Below are positions 29,537 to 44,055 of a stretch of 64,000 nt of DNA, one piece after another. Origin of the DNA: an uncultured Spirochaetota bacterium (GTDB lineage: Bacteria > Spirochaetota > Spirochaetia > SZUA-6 > Fen-1364); the NCBI GenBank assembly GCA_963820525.1, contig CAWGAA010000001.1, forward strand, positions 992,001 through 1,056,000, written 5' to 3'. A program made the position numbers and the translations under genes. How positions within the stretch are numbered: position 1 is the stretch's first letter; each line of letters opens with the position of its first letter. The notes beneath the pieces are model-generated. The model was not told the DNA's origin and ran no database searches. It was given only the letters and a program-made list of their open reading frames with translations.

Positions 29537-31530
29537 ATGAAAGGTATGAATAAACGGTTTTCCCTTTGCGCTTTCCTGATCGTTTTGGGGGTTCAATCGA
29601 CTCTCGGCCAGGATCTCACGGCGGGCCTGCTCCATTACTGGAGGTTCGACGGCAACACGGCGGACTCGATTCAGGGCGCGAACGCTTCCCTCACAGGGAG
29701 AGTGGATTGGGTAGGAGGGGTCGAGGGAGCCGCGATCAAGCTCCTCGATAGGGCCTATCTCACCGTGAGTGATTACGATTTCCCGTTCGGCAACTCGCAA
29801 CGGACCATCTCTGTGGCGGCAAAGCTGGAGGGGAAGAATCATCCGGAGATCGTCTTTTCCTACGGGGAGCCGCGGAGAGCCGGACACGGCCTCTCGATCG
29901 TTCAGAAAAATTCAGGCATCGGGGTCGAGTTCGGGGACAATACATTTTGGGGGAGCGAAGAATCGTACACGGGGTGGGTACAAATCGTCGTCGTGGTTCC
30001 CGACTGGTCCCAGTTCACAACAGATGCCTCTGTGTACATCAATGGTTACAAGGTGAACTGCTCGTACCTGAGCGGCCGTCAGCAGCTGCTCGGCACATCC
30101 TTCACGGGAAGCGCGTACGTGGGCACCAACGAGAGGCATCACGACTATCTCAGCAGCAGCGTCGATGAGCTTCGGATATACAACCGGGCCTTGAGCGATG
30201 CGGAGATCGCCTCCCTATATCAGCAATACAAGTCCGTGATCGAACGGCGGGGCGACAAGGGATGGTCCCCACTTCTGTCCGTCGTGCCTGACGGGGAGAG
30301 AAGGGTGCTGAAAATCGTGGACTGGGCGGGGGGCGAAGGGGAAAAGCCGGAGATCCCCGCGGACAGCTATCTGGGTGCGAGCGGCTTCACGACCCTTGAG
30401 AATGCGATCGACATCCGCGGGAGCATGGGAGAATCAGGGCCGATCGGCCCCCAGGGACCCAAAGGCGATACCGGAGCCACAGGCGCAACGGGGCCAGAGG
30501 GGCCACAGGGACCTGTCGGCCTCCAGGGCATAGCAGGTCTTCAAGGCCCTGCGGGCGAAGCGGGGCCCTCGGGCCCTGCGGGCCCTGCGGGCCCCACCGG
30601 TCCCCAGGCCCTGCGGGCCCTCAAGGCCCCGCAGGGACCAGCCTCAACCCCCTGCAGATCGCCACGCTGCGGTGGTACCAGGCAAACCAGACATTCGGCA
30701 CCGACCTCGCCGGGAACGGCCCGAACAATCTGGCATTCGACGGCACCAACATCTGGGCCACCCTCACCACCACCAATAGCATCGCAAAGCTGCGGGCCAG
30801 CGACGGGGCGCTGCTCGGGACGTATTCGGCCGGAAACCGGCCCCAAGGCCTGGCCTTTGACGGCACCCACATCTGGGTCGCATGCTACAACAGCAACGTC
30901 GTTACCAAGATCAGGGCCAGCGACGGAGTGACGGTAGGCAGCTATGCGGCCGGCGCATCTCCCACCGACGTAGCCTTCGATGGCGTCAGCATCTGGGTCG
31001 CGGACTGGACCGGCGCCAGCGTGACCAAGCTCAACCCGGCGGACGGGTCGCTCATCGCAACCATTGCGGTCGGGCCGAGCCCCGGAGCCATCGCTTTCGA
31101 CGGTGCGGCCATCTGGGTTATCAACGCTGGGGACAATACGGTCACCAAGATCCGCGCAAGCGACGGCACTGTGTTGGGGACCTACAGCACGGGAAGCTCG
31201 GTTCCTTCGGGCATAGCCTTTGATGGAGTCGGTATCTGGATTACCCACAGCGCCTGGAACAGCTCCACCGGGCTCAGCACTGTCTGCAGGCTGAGCGTGA
31301 GTGACGGCTCCATCATCGGTAGGGGTTATGTCGAAAAAGCCGCCCACGGAGTCGTCTTCGATGGAACGAGCATCTGGATCGCGGGTCAATCCGCTTACCA
31401 AGTCACCAAGTTGCGGGTGAGCGACGGCGCAACACTCGGCACCTACCCGGTCGCCTCATACGCCTACCACCTGGCGTTTGACGGAATAAACGTCTGGGTC
31501 TCGCACGGCGGAGGCGTCACGCGGTTTTAG
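29537..31530 (+). CDS. Exported LamG + collagen-like + YncE-type beta-propeller protein; one frameshift near 30608
   Basis: Signal peptide, LamG (HYWRFDGN...VDELRIYNRALS) and a Gly-X-Y tract. Restoring one G joins it to the frame of ORF 30928..31530, which has repeated AFDGxxIW units. Confidence 0.82.
30419..30636 (+). repeat. Collagen-like Gly-X-Y repeat (~24 triplets)
   Basis: GSMGESGPIGPQGPKGDTGATGATGPE...GPAG. Confidence 0.9.
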
Positions 31531-31791
31531 CCGGCCCGGGGCCTGTCACGCCGCCGCAGCGCGGCCGCGAGCGTGCGGGAGTGGTCGCGTAAGTCGCGCC
31601 TCTGAAGGAGCGGCCTTACTGCGAGAGTGCTCGTCCTAAGCTCTAGATTGAGCGGCTGGGCATGCCCCGCTCCAAGTTCCTCCGCGTGCAGTCTGGCCGG
31701 CGGCCAGCGCGCTGCGCATCCGTTCTTGACTGCTCATTTTCTTCCCCAACTGCGTGGAGCGATATTAAAGTTGAAATCAGGAGGCGATAGG

Positions 31792-32070
31792 TTGATTGAT
31801 CACAACAACCTCGAAGAGTTCGCGGACGCGGTTGACTACAATATAATGGATCATTCAGATACGGGAGTAGCCTTCTACAGCGAATTGGCTCGGGAGACCG
31901 GCGGTCCCGTGCTGGAGATCGGCTGTGGCACCTGTCGGGTAAGCACCGGATTGGACATGTCCCTCTTCTACAATGGCTTTGAGGTCATTCGGGAGTACGG
32001 CGATTGGAACCTTGAGCCGCTGAATGCCGACAGTCCGAGTATTATCGTGGTGTGCCGCAAGCGAGAGTGA
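31792..32070 (+). pseudogene. Class I SAM-dependent methyltransferase with a large internal deletion
   Basis: Motif I (GPVLEIGCGTCRV) is fused almost directly to the typical C-terminus (GFEVIREYGDW...SPSIIVVCRK). Only ~92 aa; GGAGG RBS and TTG start. Confidence 0.7.
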
Positions 32071-32107
32071 GCACAATAGGCTCGTGGAATCGGATAAAAT
32101 AAAAAAA

Positions 32108-32222
<115 letters not shown>

Positions 32223-32368
32223 AATAATAGACAGAGATGGGTGAAGGATTGTTTTGCGCTGTCGCGCTGAAAGCGCGCAGCTGGCATGACCCTCTCGGCG
32301 TTTGCTCGCGCAAACGCATTGCCCGTGTCGCGCTTCGCGCCGACGCGGGCGGGAATACTCAAAAATAT

Positions 32369-35380
<3,012 letters not shown>

Positions 35381-35817
35381 ATATTTTCAAGTATTCCATC
35401 TCGTGCGCGTCGGCCGAAGCGCGGTATTCCGCGCGGAGGCGACACGCACACGCGGGCTCTGCCCGCGCGTAACCGCGTCAGCGACTTGCGCAGCAAGTCG
35501 CGAGAGCGGTCTCCTGCGCGCGCCCCCTCACGGAGCCGCGCAAGTTCCAAGCCACGCCGCCTATGCCGAGACGTCGTGACTCTCTAGCAGCACGCTCAGG
35601 CCAACCGGTAATCCGTTGGCGTCGCCGCAGGGCGGTATTTCCGCCCAAGGGACACCAACTTGCCTGGCGCGCCGCCGCGGCTCCGGCCCTTGGGCCGACG
35701 CCGCTGTTGTGGTGTCGCCTGCGTGCGGAAATACCGCACTCCGGCCGACCCCACAGTACTGCTTCCCCGTCTCTCAGGCCAACGGTTCCACAGTATCCTT
35801 CACCCTTCCCTAATGTG

Positions 35818-35829
35818 TGTCAAAGAGCA
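35818..35829 (-). promoter_or_regulatory. Spacer boxA antitermination element
   Basis: TGCTCTTTGACA downstream of tRNA-Ile. Confidence 0.75.
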
Positions 35830-35898
35830 TTTTTGTTATTTGCGACGCCTTTTCCAGTCGCACGCTTCCTGCTCCCAGAATCTTCGAGACGCCGCTCG

Positions 35899-35972
<74 letters not shown>

Positions 35973-36182
35973 ATACACCATGTAGCGCGCCGGGCCTCTC
36001 CGGAAGAGCCCCCGGCGTGTATATAAGGAAAGGGAAGGGAGATGGAGGAACGGGTCGCCGCGCACTCGCTTTCGTTGCGCGCGGGTTTGCGCAAACGCTC
36101 TCGGCGTTTCGGCCCTTGCGGGCCTCCAACGCCTGCCGCGTTCGCGCTTCCGCAAAATGGCTTCCGCCATTTCGCTAGATCT

Positions 36183-37738
<1,556 letters not shown>

Positions 37739-37931
37739 ATAAGGGCTGCCCTTGCGGGCAGCTTTTATTATCGATGCAGAGCCGCTCTCGCGGGTTTCCC
37801 CATGGAAACCGCGGGATTGACTTCGAAGCTCGCTCACCGCCACCGCTGACGTGCGGACGGCTCGCTCGCTTCTCGCAGTGCCCTCAGGCACCACGTTGAC
37901 CCGTTCTCTCTTCTCTCCCCTTCCCTATTCC

Positions 37932-37943
37932 TGTCAAAGATCC
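37932..37943 (-). promoter_or_regulatory. rrn leader boxA
   Basis: GGATCTTTGACA just upstream of the purine-rich strand that pairs with 36025-36054 (16S processing stem). Confidence 0.65.
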
Positions 37944-38181
37944 GTAGCAATTCCCCCGCAGGGGGAATTGCGAAGCGCGTCAGCGGTTTGCATAACAAAC
38001 CGCGGGAGCGCAGCACCGTGGCTCTCCACGGCGGGCCCAACATCCGTTTCTCGCAACCGGCGCCGGACCTTGGCTGCCCCCCCAAAGCCCCTTTCGGTGC
38101 CCTTGACGCGCCAATCTCAAGGACGGCTCTCCCCCCCTCTGAAACTGCCAGGGGATCGCGCACCCTTGAGGCAAGGACCGT

Positions 38182-38210
38182 TTTATATACCCAATTCGAA
38201 AAGGTGTCAA
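38182..38210 (-). promoter_or_regulatory. Sigma70-type rrn promoter
   Basis: TTGACA-17nt-TATAAA with an upstream AT-rich tract. Confidence 0.8.
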
Positions 38211-38246
38211 CAGGCAAAGGGAAAAAGCCTTTTAAAATACCTCGCC

Positions 38247-38275
38247 TTGACTCGCCCGCCGCCGCTCACTACTAT
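38247..38275 (+). promoter_or_regulatory. Sigma70-type promoter for ahcY
   Basis: TTGACT-17nt-TACTAT. Confidence 0.6.
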
Positions 38276-38334
38276 CAAGCTCGGCGCCCGGAGCCCGAGG
38301 AGGGCGGCACGCACAGCCTTTCAAAGGAGCGGAC

Positions 38335-39591
38335 ATGGCCAACAGCAAGATCAAGGACATCGGCCTGGCGGAAGCCGGCAGGCTTCGAATCGCATGGGCG
38401 GAGTCCCGCATGCCCGTCCTTCTGGCACTTCGGGAAAAGCACGCAAAGGCGAAGTCCCTGAAGGGAATGCGCGTGGCCGGCTGCCTCCACGTCACCAAGG
38501 AGACTGCCGTTCTCGTGAAGACCCTGGTTGCCGCGGGAGCCGAGATCTCCTGGTCCGGGTGTAACCCCCTTTCGACGCAGGATGACGTGGCCGCCGCACT
38601 GGCCGCCGACGATCTGTCAATGTACGCCTGGCACGGACAGAGCCGCGAAGACTTCTACTGGTGCATCGACAAAACCCTGGAGCTGAAGCCGACCCTCACC
38701 CTGGATGATGGGGCAGACCTCATCTTCCGCGTCCACAGCCAGAAAACGGACCTGGCACCCGGCATTCTCGGCGGCACGGAGGAGACCACCACGGGGGTTC
38801 ATCGCCTGCGTGCAATGGGGGAGGCGCGGAAGCTTCTCTACCCCATCGTCGCGGTGAACGACGCCGAAACCAAGCGGGATTTCGACAACGTTTACGGCAC
38901 CGGCCAATCCTCCATTGACGGGATCCTCAGGGCCACCTCCATCCTTCTTGCCGGCAAGACCTTCGTTGTGGCGGGCTATGGGCACTGCGGCAGGGGCGTG
39001 GCCGCTAGGGCCAGGGGAATGGGCGCCCAGGTCGTTGTCACCGAGGTGGATCCCATCCAGGCGCTGCGAGCCTCGATGGACGGCTTCCCCGTCATGCCGA
39101 TGGACGATGCCGCGGGGATGGGAGACATCTTCATCACCGCAACGGGGGTGAAGGACGTCATCGTGAAGAGACACTTCCAGAAAATGAAGGACGGGGCCGT
39201 GATCTGCAACACGGGCCACTACGACTGCGAGATCAAGATTCCGGATCTCGCCTCGCTGGCGGGAAAGGTGACGGAGATCCGCGCCAACAACGAGGAATAC
39301 ACCATGAAGGACGGCCGCCGGATCTACCTCCTTGCCAAGGGAAGGCTCGTCAACCTCGCCGCCGCCGAAGGCCACCCCTCCGAGGTCATGGACATGTCAT
39401 TCGCAAACCAGTTCCTCTCGCTCATCAGGCTCGCTCGCGAGGGCAAGACCATGGAGAAGAGGGTCTACACGATAGACAAGTCCCAGGACCACGAGATCGC
39501 GCAGGTGAAGCTCTCCACGATGGGCAGGAGCATCGACACCCTCACCCCGGAGCAGGTGGCGTACCTCTCCGACTTCGCGAGCGGTACATGA
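38335..39591 (+). CDS. ahcY: Adenosylhomocysteinase (SAH hydrolase)
   Basis: GCLHVTKETA, CNPLSTQD, EETTTG, FDNVYGTGQS, GYGHCGRG and GRLVNL...GHPSEVMDMSF motifs. Confidence 0.97.
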   Translation: MANSKIKDIGLAEAGRLRIAWAESRMPVLLALREKHAKAKSLKGMRVAGCLHVTKETAVLVKTLVAAGAEISWSGCNPLSTQDDVAAALAADDLSMYAWHGQSREDFYWCIDKTLELKPTLTLDDGADLIFRVHSQKTDLAPGILGGTEETTTGVHRLRAMGEARKLLYPIVAVNDAETKRDFDNVYGTGQSSIDGILRATSILLAGKTFVVAGYGHCGRGVAARARGMGAQVVVTEVDPIQALRASMDGFPVMPMDDAAGMGDIFITATGVKDVIVKRHFQKMKDGAVICNTGHYDCEIKIPDLASLAGKVTEIRANNEEYTMKDGRRIYLLAKGRLVNLAAAEGHPSEVMDMSFANQFLSLIRLAREGKTMEKRVYTIDKSQDHEIAQVKLSTMGRSIDTLTPEQVAYLSDFASGT

Positions 39592-39827
39592 GCGCCTACA
39601 TCGCCTGCCGAACGTGCGGAAAATACTCGGAGGCGGGAGAGACGGGCGGCCGCCGTCACTGCTCCAAGGAGTGCACGCTGGGGTACGGCGCATGCGTCAC
39701 CTGCGGCACCTATTTCCGCAAGGGGCAGGGATTCGACGACGAACACTGCAGCAAGGCCTGCACCGTGAAATACGTGATCCTTCGAAAATACGGGCCCCAA
39801 CCCGTGACAATCGTAGCAGAGGTGTAA
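39588..39827 (+). CDS. Small Cys-rich protein with two CxxC-x13/14-CSxxC modules
   Basis: ATGA overlap with ahcY; its 3' end carries the GAGG RBS of adk. Confidence 0.75.
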   Translation: MSAYIACRTCGKYSEAGETGGRRHCSKECTLGYGACVTCGTYFRKGQGFDDEHCSKACTVKYVILRKYGPQPVTIVAEV

Positions 39828-39834
39828 ACGAATC

Positions 39835-40470
39835 ATGAAACTCATCTTTCTCGGCCCCCCGGGGGCGGGCAAGGGAACCCTCGCCGGGCTCGTCAGCAAG
39901 GAGCTCGGCATTCCTCAGATCTCCACGGGAGACATCTTCCGCGACGCGATAAAGCGCGAAACGGAGCTGGGCAAGAAGGTGAAGGAGATCGTCAGCCGCG
40001 GAGACCTGGTGCCCGACGAGCTCACCGTGAGCCTGGTCAAGGAGAGGCTCGCCCAGCCCGACGCGGCAAAGGGGTACATCCTCGATGGATTCCCCCGGAC
40101 CATTCCCCAGGCGGAAGCGCTGGAAGCCTTCGAAGCGCTCGACTCGGCGATCAATTTCCGCATCAGCGACCGCGAGGTGATCAAGAGGCTTTCGGGACGG
40201 CGGGTGTGCAAGAACTGCGGCGCCATCTACAACGTGGACAACATGCCGCCGAAGAAGGAAGGCGTCTGCGACGCGTGCGGCGGTCCCCTCTATACGCGGC
40301 CCGACGACACCGTCGAATCGATCACGAACCGGCTCGAGGTTTACAAGAAACAGACCGAGCCCCTGATCCATTTCTACGAGAAAAGAAGGCTCCTGCGCAA
40401 CGTCAACTCGGACAAGACGCCCCAGGACACGCTGGAGCAGCTTCGAAAGGTGCTGGGAAAGGTTTCCTAA
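39835..40470 (+). CDS. adk: Adenylate kinase (Zn-lid type)
   Basis: GPPGAGKGT, ISTGDIFR, LDGFPRT and a CxxC...CxxC lid. Confidence 0.97.
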   Translation: MKLIFLGPPGAGKGTLAGLVSKELGIPQISTGDIFRDAIKRETELGKKVKEIVSRGDLVPDELTVSLVKERLAQPDAAKGYILDGFPRTIPQAEALEAFEALDSAINFRISDREVIKRLSGRRVCKNCGAIYNVDNMPPKKEGVCDACGGPLYTRPDDTVESITNRLEVYKKQTEPLIHFYEKRRLLRNVNSDKTPQDTLEQLRKVLGKVS

Positions 40471-40547
40471 AGCCGATCGCGGCCGGCACCCGGCGGATGC
40501 GCCGCCGGTGTTGCATCGCCGGACGTTGTTCGATTGGGAAGCGGCGG

Positions 40548-41543
40548 CTACTTCGTCGGTGACTGCGGCGGAGTGCCGCCTTTTTCGTCCTTGGCGGGAG
40601 GCTCGCCGCCGCCCTTTTCATCCTTGGCCGCCGGCTCCGTCTGCGGCAGCATGTTCCTTGCCTTGAGAGCGGCTTCCACGTCGCTTCTCTTCTGCAGCTG
40701 CGACGAATCCAGCAGGACCTTGACGGCATCCATGTCATGAAAGCCCAGCTCCAGGGCCTGCTTGAGCGCGCTCAACCCCTTGTCGGGGTCCTCGATCACC
40801 GTGAGGAGGAGCCGCGCCTTGCCGAACCACGCCCTTGGCTCCTTGGCGTCCAGCGTGACCACCTTGTCGTAAGCGTCAAGCGCCTGTGAATACTTCTCGA
40901 GCCGCTCGAAGCAATCGGCCCTGAGAAGCTGCGCGTCAGCCTGGTCCGGCTTCTTTTCCAATAGGCGGTCCAGGTTTTCAAGGGCCTTCTGAGGCTCGTC
41001 GAGCTGGAGAAGGAGCGAGGCCGCGCCATACAGGCCATCCGCGTCGTCGGGGGCCAGCGTGAGGAGCTTCTGAAGACGCTCCAGGGCCTCCGGCTTGCGG
41101 TCCAGCTTCCACAGCACGAGGGCGCCATTGTACAAGGCGTCCTGGTTCTCCGGGGAAAGCTGGATGATCTTGTCGTACATCGCCAGGGAATCGGCATCCT
41201 TGCCCTCGATGTGGAGCGCCCATCCCAGGGCGGCCATCACCGTCACGTTCTGGGGGTCATCGGAGAGCAGCCGGGCGAGCACCTCCCTGGCCTCGCTGGT
41301 ATTCTGCGTGCGGATGAGGGCGAGGGCGAGGTTGTAGCGGGCCTGAACGTTGGAGGGGTCCAGGCGTACGGCGTCCCTGTAGTATAGCGCCGCCTTGTCG
41401 AATTGCCCCAGGCCCGCGTACGCGTTTCCCACGTTGTAGTATTCGGCTGCCACGTCCTGGTTTCGCGTCGTCGTGGCACAGCCGGCGAGAACCGCCGTCA
41501 CGGCCAGAAGCGCCCCGAAGGCGGCGACGCCCGCTCGAATCAT
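40548..41543 (-). CDS. TPR-repeat lipoprotein
   Basis: Lipobox LAGC; tandem TPRs (AEYYNVGNAY...A...Y..A..LDP). Confidence 0.88.
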   Translation of the reverse strand: MIRAGVAAFGALLAVTAVLAGCATTTRNQDVAAEYYNVGNAYAGLGQFDKAALYYRDAVRLDPSNVQARYNLALALIRTQNTSEAREVLARLLSDDPQNVTVMAALGWALHIEGKDADSLAMYDKIIQLSPENQDALYNGALVLWKLDRKPEALERLQKLLTLAPDDADGLYGAASLLLQLDEPQKALENLDRLLEKKPDQADAQLLRADCFERLEKYSQALDAYDKVVTLDAKEPRAWFGKARLLLTVIEDPDKGLSALKQALELGFHDMDAVKVLLDSSQLQKRSDVEAALKARNMLPQTEPAAKDEKGGGEPPAKDEKGGTPPQSPTK

Positions 41544-41652
41544 GCGCCCACTATACCCTCAAAGGGCGGACAGGCACAACCCGAGGGCTCCCCCCGATTC
41601 CCTTGACGAGCACGGCGCCTGAGTCCTATACAGTAGTGACTAAAGGATCTCG

Positions 41653-42789
41653 GTGAATCGAAAAGCTGGTTCCGTGGGCATCGTGACGCCCCGCGATATG
41701 GTCATCTTCCAGCCTCCCGACTCCCTCCTGCTGGACAGCGGCAAGAGGCTCTCCCCCATCACGCTGCGCTACGAGACCTACGGAGAGCTCAACCGCGAGC
41801 AGAGCAATGCCATCCTCGTCTTCCACGCCTTTTCGGGAGATTCCCACGCCGCCGGCCTCTACTCTTCAGAAGACAAGGCGCCGGGCTGGTGGGACCCCAT
41901 GATCGGGCCCGGCAGGGCTTTCGACACCGAAAAGTACTTCGTCATATGCTCCAACGTGATCGGAGGCTGCCGGGGATCCACGGGACCGTCGTCCATCAAT
42001 CCCGAGACGGCAAAGCCCTACGGCCTCTCTTTCCCCGTCATCACGATACACGACATGGTGAAGGCCCAGGCGGCCCTGCTGGAGCGGCTCGAGATCCCTT
42101 CCCTCTACGCGGTGGCGGGGGGATCCATGGGCGGGATGCTGACGCTCGACATGTGCGTGAGCTACCCGCAGATGGTGAGGTCCGCGGTCGTGCTCGCCTC
42201 CACGGCGCGCCTCACGGCGCAGGGCATCGCCTTCGACGCGGTGGGCAGGAACGCGATCATGTCGGATCCCAACTGGATGGGCGGGGACTACTACGGCAAG
42301 GCGATCCCCTCCCAGGGGCTTGCGATCGCGCGGATGGTCGGGCACATCACCTATCTGTCCGAGGAGCACATGGGCGCCAAGTTCGGCAGGAAGCTGCGCG
42401 ACCGCGAGGCCTACGGTTTCGACTTCGCCAACGAGTTCGCCGTCGAGACATATCTCCAGTACAAGGGAGACGCCTTCGTCGAGCGCTTCGACGCAAACTC
42501 CTACCTCTATATCACCAAGGCCATGGACTATTTCGACCTGGGGGAGAGGCACGGAGGGCTCGTCAACGCCCTGGGAAAGATCCGGGCGAAGCTCCTCGTG
42601 GTTTCCTTCAGCTCGGACTGGCTCTACCCCTCCTACCAGTCGAAGGAGATCGTCTTCGGCCTCATGCAGAACGGGAAGGACGTCTCCTATGTCGAGCTCA
42701 ATGCCCCCTACGGCCACGATTCGTTCCTGATGGAGTCCGACAGACAGACCGGCATCATCAGCGCGTTCCTGAGGAACATCGATGCCTGA
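41653..42789 (+). CDS. metX: Homoserine O-acetyltransferase
   Basis: YETYG.LN, HAFSG, GWWDPMIGPG, GGSMGG, RFDANSY and GHDSFL motifs. Confidence 0.95.
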   Translation: MNRKAGSVGIVTPRDMVIFQPPDSLLLDSGKRLSPITLRYETYGELNREQSNAILVFHAFSGDSHAAGLYSSEDKAPGWWDPMIGPGRAFDTEKYFVICSNVIGGCRGSTGPSSINPETAKPYGLSFPVITIHDMVKAQAALLERLEIPSLYAVAGGSMGGMLTLDMCVSYPQMVRSAVVLASTARLTAQGIAFDAVGRNAIMSDPNWMGGDYYGKAIPSQGLAIARMVGHITYLSEEHMGAKFGRKLRDREAYGFDFANEFAVETYLQYKGDAFVERFDANSYLYITKAMDYFDLGERHGGLVNALGKIRAKLLVVSFSSDWLYPSYQSKEIVFGLMQNGKDVSYVELNAPYGHDSFLMESDRQTGIISAFLRNIDA

Positions 42790-43411
42790 GCACAGACGCC
42801 CCCACCTGAGCTACAACCGGATCGTGGAGCTGATCGAGCGCGGGCGCTCCGTCCTGGACCTCGGCTGCGGCGACGGAGAGCTCCTCCTGCGCCTGACGCG
42901 GGAGAAGGAGGCGCGGGGGCGCGGCGTGGACATCGAGGAGTCGATGGTGATGCAGTGCATCGCCAAGGGTCTGTCGGTCTTCCAGGGCAACCTCGACGAG
43001 GGGCTGAAGGACCTCGGCTCCGCCGTGTACGACTACGTGGTTCTCAACCAGACGCTGCAGGTGACGCGGCGGCCCACCCTCGTTGTCAGCGAGATGCTGC
43101 GGGTGGGCAGGAAGGCCATCGTGGCCTTCCCCAACTTCGGCAATTGGAGGCTGATCGGACAGCTTCTCTTCCGGGGAAGGATGCCGGTGACGGCGGACCT
43201 GCCCTACCAGTGGTACGACACCCCCAACATCCACCTGTGCACCCGAGGCGATTTCGTGGATTACTGCGCGCGAAACGGTATCAGGATCTTGAAGGAGATC
43301 AGGATCGGGGGCGGCTCGGGGATCCTTTCGCGGGCGGCCGTCTCCCTCATGCCCAACCTCTTCGCGACGGAAGTGATGTTCGTCCTCGAGGGAAAGCGGG
43401 GGGCTGAATAG
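42782..43411 (+). CDS. metW: Methionine biosynthesis protein MetW
   Basis: VLDLGCGDG, FPNFG and GRMP...LPYQWYDTPNIH; overlaps metX. Confidence 0.95.
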   Translation: MPEHRRPHLSYNRIVELIERGRSVLDLGCGDGELLLRLTREKEARGRGVDIEESMVMQCIAKGLSVFQGNLDEGLKDLGSAVYDYVVLNQTLQVTRRPTLVVSEMLRVGRKAIVAFPNFGNWRLIGQLLFRGRMPVTADLPYQWYDTPNIHLCTRGDFVDYCARNGIRILKEIRIGGGSGILSRAAVSLMPNLFATEVMFVLEGKRGAE

Positions 43412-43412
43412 C

Positions 43413-43437
43413 GCTCCCGGCGCGCCCGCCGGGAGCG
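43413..43437. terminator. Hairpin between the convergent metW and ferritin-like genes
   Basis: GCTCCCGGCG-CGCC-CGCCGGGAGC inverted repeat. Confidence 0.5.
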
Positions 43438-43449
43438 GCCCTCCCCTGT

Positions 43450-43920
43450 TCAGTTCTCCGTGAGGATCTCCAGGTCGTAGCGATCCTGGGCCAGGGCCTT
43501 GTGCCGCTTCTCCTCCTCCGCCAGACCCTTGAAGAGGAACTTCAGCTCGTCTTCCACGGCGCGCGACTCAAGCGCCCTATAGAGCTGAAGAGATTTCTCC
43601 TCTTTCTGGATCACGAGAAGGAGAAAATCCTGGTAGCTCATATCGGGGCTGAAGCTCACCGGGACGGTGTAATCCGATATCCGGAGGTCCAAGGCGGGGG
43701 ACGCGGAGAACATCGCGGAAAGCGACGGGCGGGCGCGGAGCTCCCTGAGGCTCTGCTCGTGCCGGCCTTCCTGGTCCGACATCGTCAACAGGAGGGATCG
43801 AAGGCCCTGGCGGTCCGTGGCCGCCGCGTAGCCGTGGTAGAGCTCCCGGGCTTCCTTCTCCCTTGCGATGGCGAAATCGAGAATTGAAGCGACTGAATCG
43901 AGTCTTCCAGGGTCTTGCAT
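43450..43920 (-). CDS. Ferritin-like/rubrerythrin-family diiron protein
   Basis: Paired AI.RE..A..LY...E..H motifs. Confidence 0.88.
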   Translation of the reverse strand: MQDPGRLDSVASILDFAIAREKEARELYHGYAAATDRQGLRSLLLTMSDQEGRHEQSLRELRARPSLSAMFSASPALDLRISDYTVPVSFSPDMSYQDFLLLVIQKEEKSLQLYRALESRAVEDELKFLFKGLAEEEKRHKALAQDRYDLEILTEN

Positions 43921-43984
43921 CCGCCCTCGTCCCTCCGGGTCATCCTACCATGGCAGAGGACGACTTGTCAAAATCGGCTGTTCA

Positions 43985-44013
43985 TTGACAGGCAGGCCGA
44001 TTCTTTATACCAT
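43985..44013 (+). promoter_or_regulatory. Sigma70-type promoter for HEAT-cyclase paralog 2
   Basis: TTGACA-17nt-TACCAT; a divergent TTGACA at 43966-43971 faces the ferritin-like gene. Confidence 0.65.
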
Positions 44014-44055
44014 TCAATGGAAAGTTCATGACGTGTGATATGAATACAATGGCAC

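Noticed and set aside
41544..41652. SAM riboswitch upstream of metX
   Set aside because: The region is short, is largely taken up by promoter-like sequence, and has no S-box core motif.
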